Shown one piece after another: positions 60,478 to 64,000 of a stretch of 64,000 bases of DNA. How positions within the stretch are numbered: position 1 is the stretch's first letter; the number at the start of each line of letters is the position of its first letter. This stretch comes from an uncultured Flavobacteriaceae bacterium (GTDB lineage Bacteria; Bacteroidota; Bacteroidia; Flavobacteriales; Flavobacteriaceae). The stretch is from NCBI GenBank assembly GCA_964517835.1, contig CAZFEV010000012.1, positions 2,896-66,895 on the forward strand. The letters are read 5' to 3'. Below the pieces are notes generated by a model, which saw only the letters and a list, made by a program, of their open reading frames with translations, did not search any database and was not told where the DNA came from. The position numbers and the translations under genes are program-made.

Positions 60478-60990
60478 ATGGCAGACGAAATTGTAAATAG
60501 GGTCGCTAATAGTAAACTCAAAGTTATTGATCTCGAAGATTATTATCCAACCGGTAGACGCGTACTTTTTGATATTAAAGATTGGTTGCTTGAAGGTCTC
60601 GTTCTTAGAGAAAAAGACTTTAGACAACATGTTGCCGAGCACGATTGGTCACAATACCAAGATTGCTACGTTGCATTGTATTGTTCTACAGAGGCTATAG
60701 TTCCAGATTGGGCTTATATGTTAATCACTATACTGCTTCAAGATTATGCAAAATTATCTGTAATTGGCACACTTGAGAATTTGGAATCAATAATTTATAC
60801 GGATATTATTTCAAATTTAGAAGTTTCAGAATTCAAGGATTTACCGGTTATCGTAAAAGGTTGCTCTAACAAACCTGTACCATCAAATGCGTTAATATTA
60901 TTATCGCAAAAGCTAAAACCAGTAGCCAAGTCAATTATGTTTGGAGAAGCCTGTTCTTCAGTACCACTTTACAAAAGAAAAAAAATGTGA
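60478..60990 (+). CDS. DUF2480 family protein
   Basis: EIVNRVANS, LREKDFR, KGCS, MFGEACS; usual position after the suf genes in Bacteroidota. Confidence 0.8.
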   Translation: MADEIVNRVANSKLKVIDLEDYYPTGRRVLFDIKDWLLEGLVLREKDFRQHVAEHDWSQYQDCYVALYCSTEAIVPDWAYMLITILLQDYAKLSVIGTLENLESIIYTDIISNLEVSEFKDLPVIVKGCSNKPVPSNALILLSQKLKPVAKSIMFGEACSSVPLYKRKKM

Positions 60991-61072
60991 CTTTTGCTTT
61001 AAGTATTGGTCTAAGTAGAAGAATAGCATAAAACAATAATAAATCAATTAACATCTCGAAAATAAATTAACC

Positions 61073-61987
61073 ATGAATAAAAATTTACTTTTATCTATTT
61101 GCTTAATACTTGTTGTAACTTTTGGTTTTGCGCAAACTAAAGAAGAACTAGAAGCGCAAAAAGCAGAAAAACAAGTACAAGCAGACAAGTTTAAAGCTGA
61201 AGCTGATGCATTACAAGCACAAATAGACGCACTGCCTGGCTGGAGAGTTGGTGCCTTTGGTACTATAGGTGGTAGCTTATCAAATTTTAATAATTGGTAT
61301 GCTCAAGGAGCACCAAATAATCAATCTGGTACAATTGGTATAACTACAAATGCCTTTGCAAATCTCATTAAAGAGAAATTTTTCTGGAGAAATAGTTTGA
61401 ATACAAACTTTAATTGGACAAAATTAGACAACAAAGATATCGACACTGATAGTGATAAGTTTGAACCAACCACAGATGTATTTAATATCAACTCATTATA
61501 TGGACGCAAACTAAGTGAGAAATGGGCTGTTTCAGGAATGTTAGAATATAGAACAACAGTCTTAAACAACTTCAATGATCCTGGTTATTTAGATCTTGGT
61601 ATTGGTTTTACATGGACACCAATAACAGATATGGTTGTTGTAATTCATCCTGCTAACTACAATTTTGTATTCTCTAGCGGAGATACGGTTTTTGACTCTT
61701 CTATGGGAGCTAAAATTGTAGCTGACTATACACGACAAATCGGTAAAGTAAACTTTAAAACAAATTTCTCAACCTTCCAAAGCTATGAAGATTCTAACCT
61801 GTCTAACTGGACATGGATTAACTCTTTTGCTTATACCTTATGGAAAGGTATTGGTGTAGGTTTTGATTTTGGATTGAGAAGTAATAGACAAGAAGCTGCA
61901 AACTTTCAGGGCACAAGCTTAGAAGATGCAGATAACAAAATTCAAAGCTATTATACGGTAGGTTTATCCTATAACTTTAGCAACTAA
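61073..61987 (+). CDS. DUF3078-like outer-membrane protein
   Basis: Signal peptide, short coiled coil, FNNWYAQG, beta-strands ending GLSYNF. Confidence 0.72.
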   Translation: MNKNLLLSICLILVVTFGFAQTKEELEAQKAEKQVQADKFKAEADALQAQIDALPGWRVGAFGTIGGSLSNFNNWYAQGAPNNQSGTIGITTNAFANLIKEKFFWRNSLNTNFNWTKLDNKDIDTDSDKFEPTTDVFNINSLYGRKLSEKWAVSGMLEYRTTVLNNFNDPGYLDLGIGFTWTPITDMVVVIHPANYNFVFSSGDTVFDSSMGAKIVADYTRQIGKVNFKTNFSTFQSYEDSNLSNWTWINSFAYTLWKGIGVGFDFGLRSNRQEAANFQGTSLEDADNKIQSYYTVGLSYNFSN

Positions 61988-62006
61988 GCTCAGTAATACT
62001 TAGAAT

Positions 62007-62037
62007 AAAAAAGGTTGAGCAAAGCTCAACCTTTTTT
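62007..62037. terminator. Bidirectional intrinsic terminator
   Basis: AAAAAAGGTTGAGC-AAA-GCTCAACCTTTTTT, touching the hflX stop codon. Confidence 0.9.
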
Positions 62038-63247
62038 ATTCTATCTCTTCTACATCTGGATACAAGAAGTGGTTGTAGGGAAAACGCGTTACATGTATCT
62101 CTCTTACTTCTTTATAAACACGCTTTCTAAATTCTTCAAGGTTTTCTTTATTCAGAGCTGAAATAAACAATGCATTATCACCAATTTTAGACATCCAAGT
62201 ATTTTTCCATTCGTCAATAGTATAATTGGCTTTTGTCCTTTCAGCAATTAAATCTTCTTCATCAAAAGGTTCCGCTTCATAAGCATCAATCTTATTAAAC
62301 ACCATTATTGTTGGTTTGCCTTTGCTATCTATTTCATCCAAAATTTTATTTACGGACTCTATATGTTCTTCAAAATTAGAATGAGAAATATCAACCACAT
62401 GTAATAACAAATCTGCTTCTCTCACTTCATCTAGTGTACTTTTAAAAGATTCAACCAATTGAGTTGGCAGTTTTCTAATAAACCCAACCGTATCACTTAC
62501 CAAAAATGGTAAATTACCAATAACCACTTTTCGCACTGTGGTATCTAAGGTTGCAAAGAGCTTATTTTCAGCAAAAACCTTACTCTTACTAATGACATTC
62601 ATCAGTGTTGACTTACCAACATTAGTATAACCAACCAAAGCGACTCTTACCATTTTACCGCGATTACCACGTTGCACAGCCATCTGCTTATCAATAGTTT
62701 TTATCTTAGATTTTAATAGAGATATCTTATCTCTAACAATACGTCTGTCAGTCTCAATCTCAGTTTCCCCAGGTCCACGCATTCCAATCCCACCTTTTTG
62801 TCGTTCAAGGTGAGTCCACATTCCTTTAAGTCGTGGTAATAAATATTCACATTGGGCAAGTTCTACCTGAGTTCTGGCATAACTTGTCTGAGCACGCTGT
62901 GCAAAAATATCTAGAATAAGATTAGTTCTATCAAGAATTTTACAGTTCAAAATTTTACTAATATTTCGTTCTTGCGCAGGAGATAGCTCGTCATCAAAGA
63001 TCACTGTACCTACCTCATGCTCCTTAACAAAGTGCATAACCTCTTCCATTTTTCCTGTACCAATAAAGGTTTTTGGATTAGGCATAGCCATTTTTTGAGT
63101 ATACCGCTTTACAACTTCTCCGCCAGCAGTATAAGTTAAAAACTCCAACTCATCAAGATATTCTTTCGACTGTTCTTCATCTTGGTCTTGTGTAACAATC
63201 CCTATAAGAACAACCTTTTCTAACTCAATATTCTTTTTTTCAATCAT
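62036..63247 (-). CDS. hflX: GTPase HflX
   Basis: GGIGMRGPGETEIETDRR, GYTNVGKS, LFATLD, DTVGF, NKID. Confidence 0.97.
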   Translation of the reverse strand: MIEKKNIELEKVVLIGIVTQDQDEEQSKEYLDELEFLTYTAGGEVVKRYTQKMAMPNPKTFIGTGKMEEVMHFVKEHEVGTVIFDDELSPAQERNISKILNCKILDRTNLILDIFAQRAQTSYARTQVELAQCEYLLPRLKGMWTHLERQKGGIGMRGPGETEIETDRRIVRDKISLLKSKIKTIDKQMAVQRGNRGKMVRVALVGYTNVGKSTLMNVISKSKVFAENKLFATLDTTVRKVVIGNLPFLVSDTVGFIRKLPTQLVESFKSTLDEVREADLLLHVVDISHSNFEEHIESVNKILDEIDSKGKPTIMVFNKIDAYEAEPFDEEDLIAERTKANYTIDEWKNTWMSKIGDNALFISALNKENLEEFRKRVYKEVREIHVTRFPYNHFLYPDVEEIE

Positions 63248-63307
63248 GGCACAAAGTTAATCAAAACCTTATTCTCAATACGTTTTAAAAGCTCTATATT
63301 TAACCTC

Positions 63308-64000
63308 ATGAATAGAATATACACTATAGCATTTTACAACATTGAGAATCTTTTCGATCTAGAAAATGACCCGCGAACAAATGATGATGATTTTTTACCA
63401 ACATCACATAAAAGATGGACCCCTAAACGTTATGAAAATAAACTGAGAAAAATTGGTTCAGTTATTTCTAAAATCGGTGAAGATGACCACGACGAAGCAC
63501 CAGTGATTGTTGGTCTTGCTGAAGTTGAAAATAAAACAGTTCTTAATGACTTAGTAAACAGCGAACATTTAATAGATGAAGACTATAGTTATGTGCACTA
63601 CGATTCGGCGGACGAAAGAGGCATTGATGTTGCACTATTATATAAATCTGATGTTTTTGAAGTTACAAATTCTGAAACTTTTTCGGTGTACTTACAGGAT
63701 GATGATGGTCAACGCGATTACACAAGAGATATTCTTTTGGTGGAAGGTATATTGAATGATGAAAATATAGCAATTTTAGTTAATCATTGGTCTTCGAGAA
63801 GAGATGGTGAAAAAGAAACCGAGCCAAAAAGAATTGCGGCTGCCAAAAAAGTAAATTCCATTATTCGAAATCTTAAAACTAAATCAGAAAACATCAAAAT
63901 TCTTGTGATGGGAGATTTTAATGATAACCCAGACAATAATAGTGTAGAACTGATGGAGGACGAATCCGGTTTATTTAATCCTTTTAAAACGGTATGGTCA
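63308..64000 (+). CDS. Second EEP family nuclease, no signal peptide, truncated by the window end (absent from the ORF track)
   Basis: Manual translation MNRIYTIAFYNIENLFD...GLAEVEN...DERGIDVALLY...NHWSSRR...MGDFND; frame stays open to the end. Confidence 0.88.
   Translation, partial: MNRIYTIAFYNIENLFDLENDPRTNDDDFLPTSHKRWTPKRYENKLRKIGSVISKIGEDDHDEAPVIVGLAEVENKTVLNDLVNSEHLIDEDYSYVHYDSADERGIDVALLYKSDVFEVTNSETFSVYLQDDDGQRDYTRDILLVEGILNDENIAILVNHWSSRRDGEKETEPKRIAAAKKVNSIIRNLKTKSENIKILVMGDFNDNPDNNSVELMEDESGLFNPFKTVWS

Overview
AT-rich chromosomal window from a Bacteroidota bacterium, most likely Flavobacteriaceae (TAnnTTTG promoters, a T9SS cargo protein, GldM-like domains, flavobacterial sdhCAB and suf layouts). 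It is mostly housekeeping and envelope genes: pbpC, an EEP nuclease/TonB-type receptor/DUF5689 locus, an M16 peptidase pair, rplU-rpmA, a MutS-like protein, two orphan sensor kinases, sdhCAB, pepP, lysC, brnQ, thiL, a choice-of-anchor-B/MbnPH cluster, the suf operon and hflX. The best candidate for a little-characterised system is a translationally coupled three-gene insert at 32592-36957. It encodes a C5-cytosine methyltransferase, a MORC/GHKL ATPase fused to a histidine kinase, and a receiver-domain protein with a HEPN-type RxxxxH motif, with no restriction nuclease gene; I infer a phosphorelay-controlled RNase defence module. Other signals read from the DNA are three-level nested REP-like palindromes (638-714, with a related copy at 3736-3773), a 21-bp operator shared by suf and sdh, a shared box upstream of three small genes, an unannotated nonsense-interrupted GldM-C-like gene, and L21 fused to a Rho-N-like domain. 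No rRNA, tRNA, CRISPR array, integrase or transposase was seen. All calls come from motif recognition by eye; no database searches were run.
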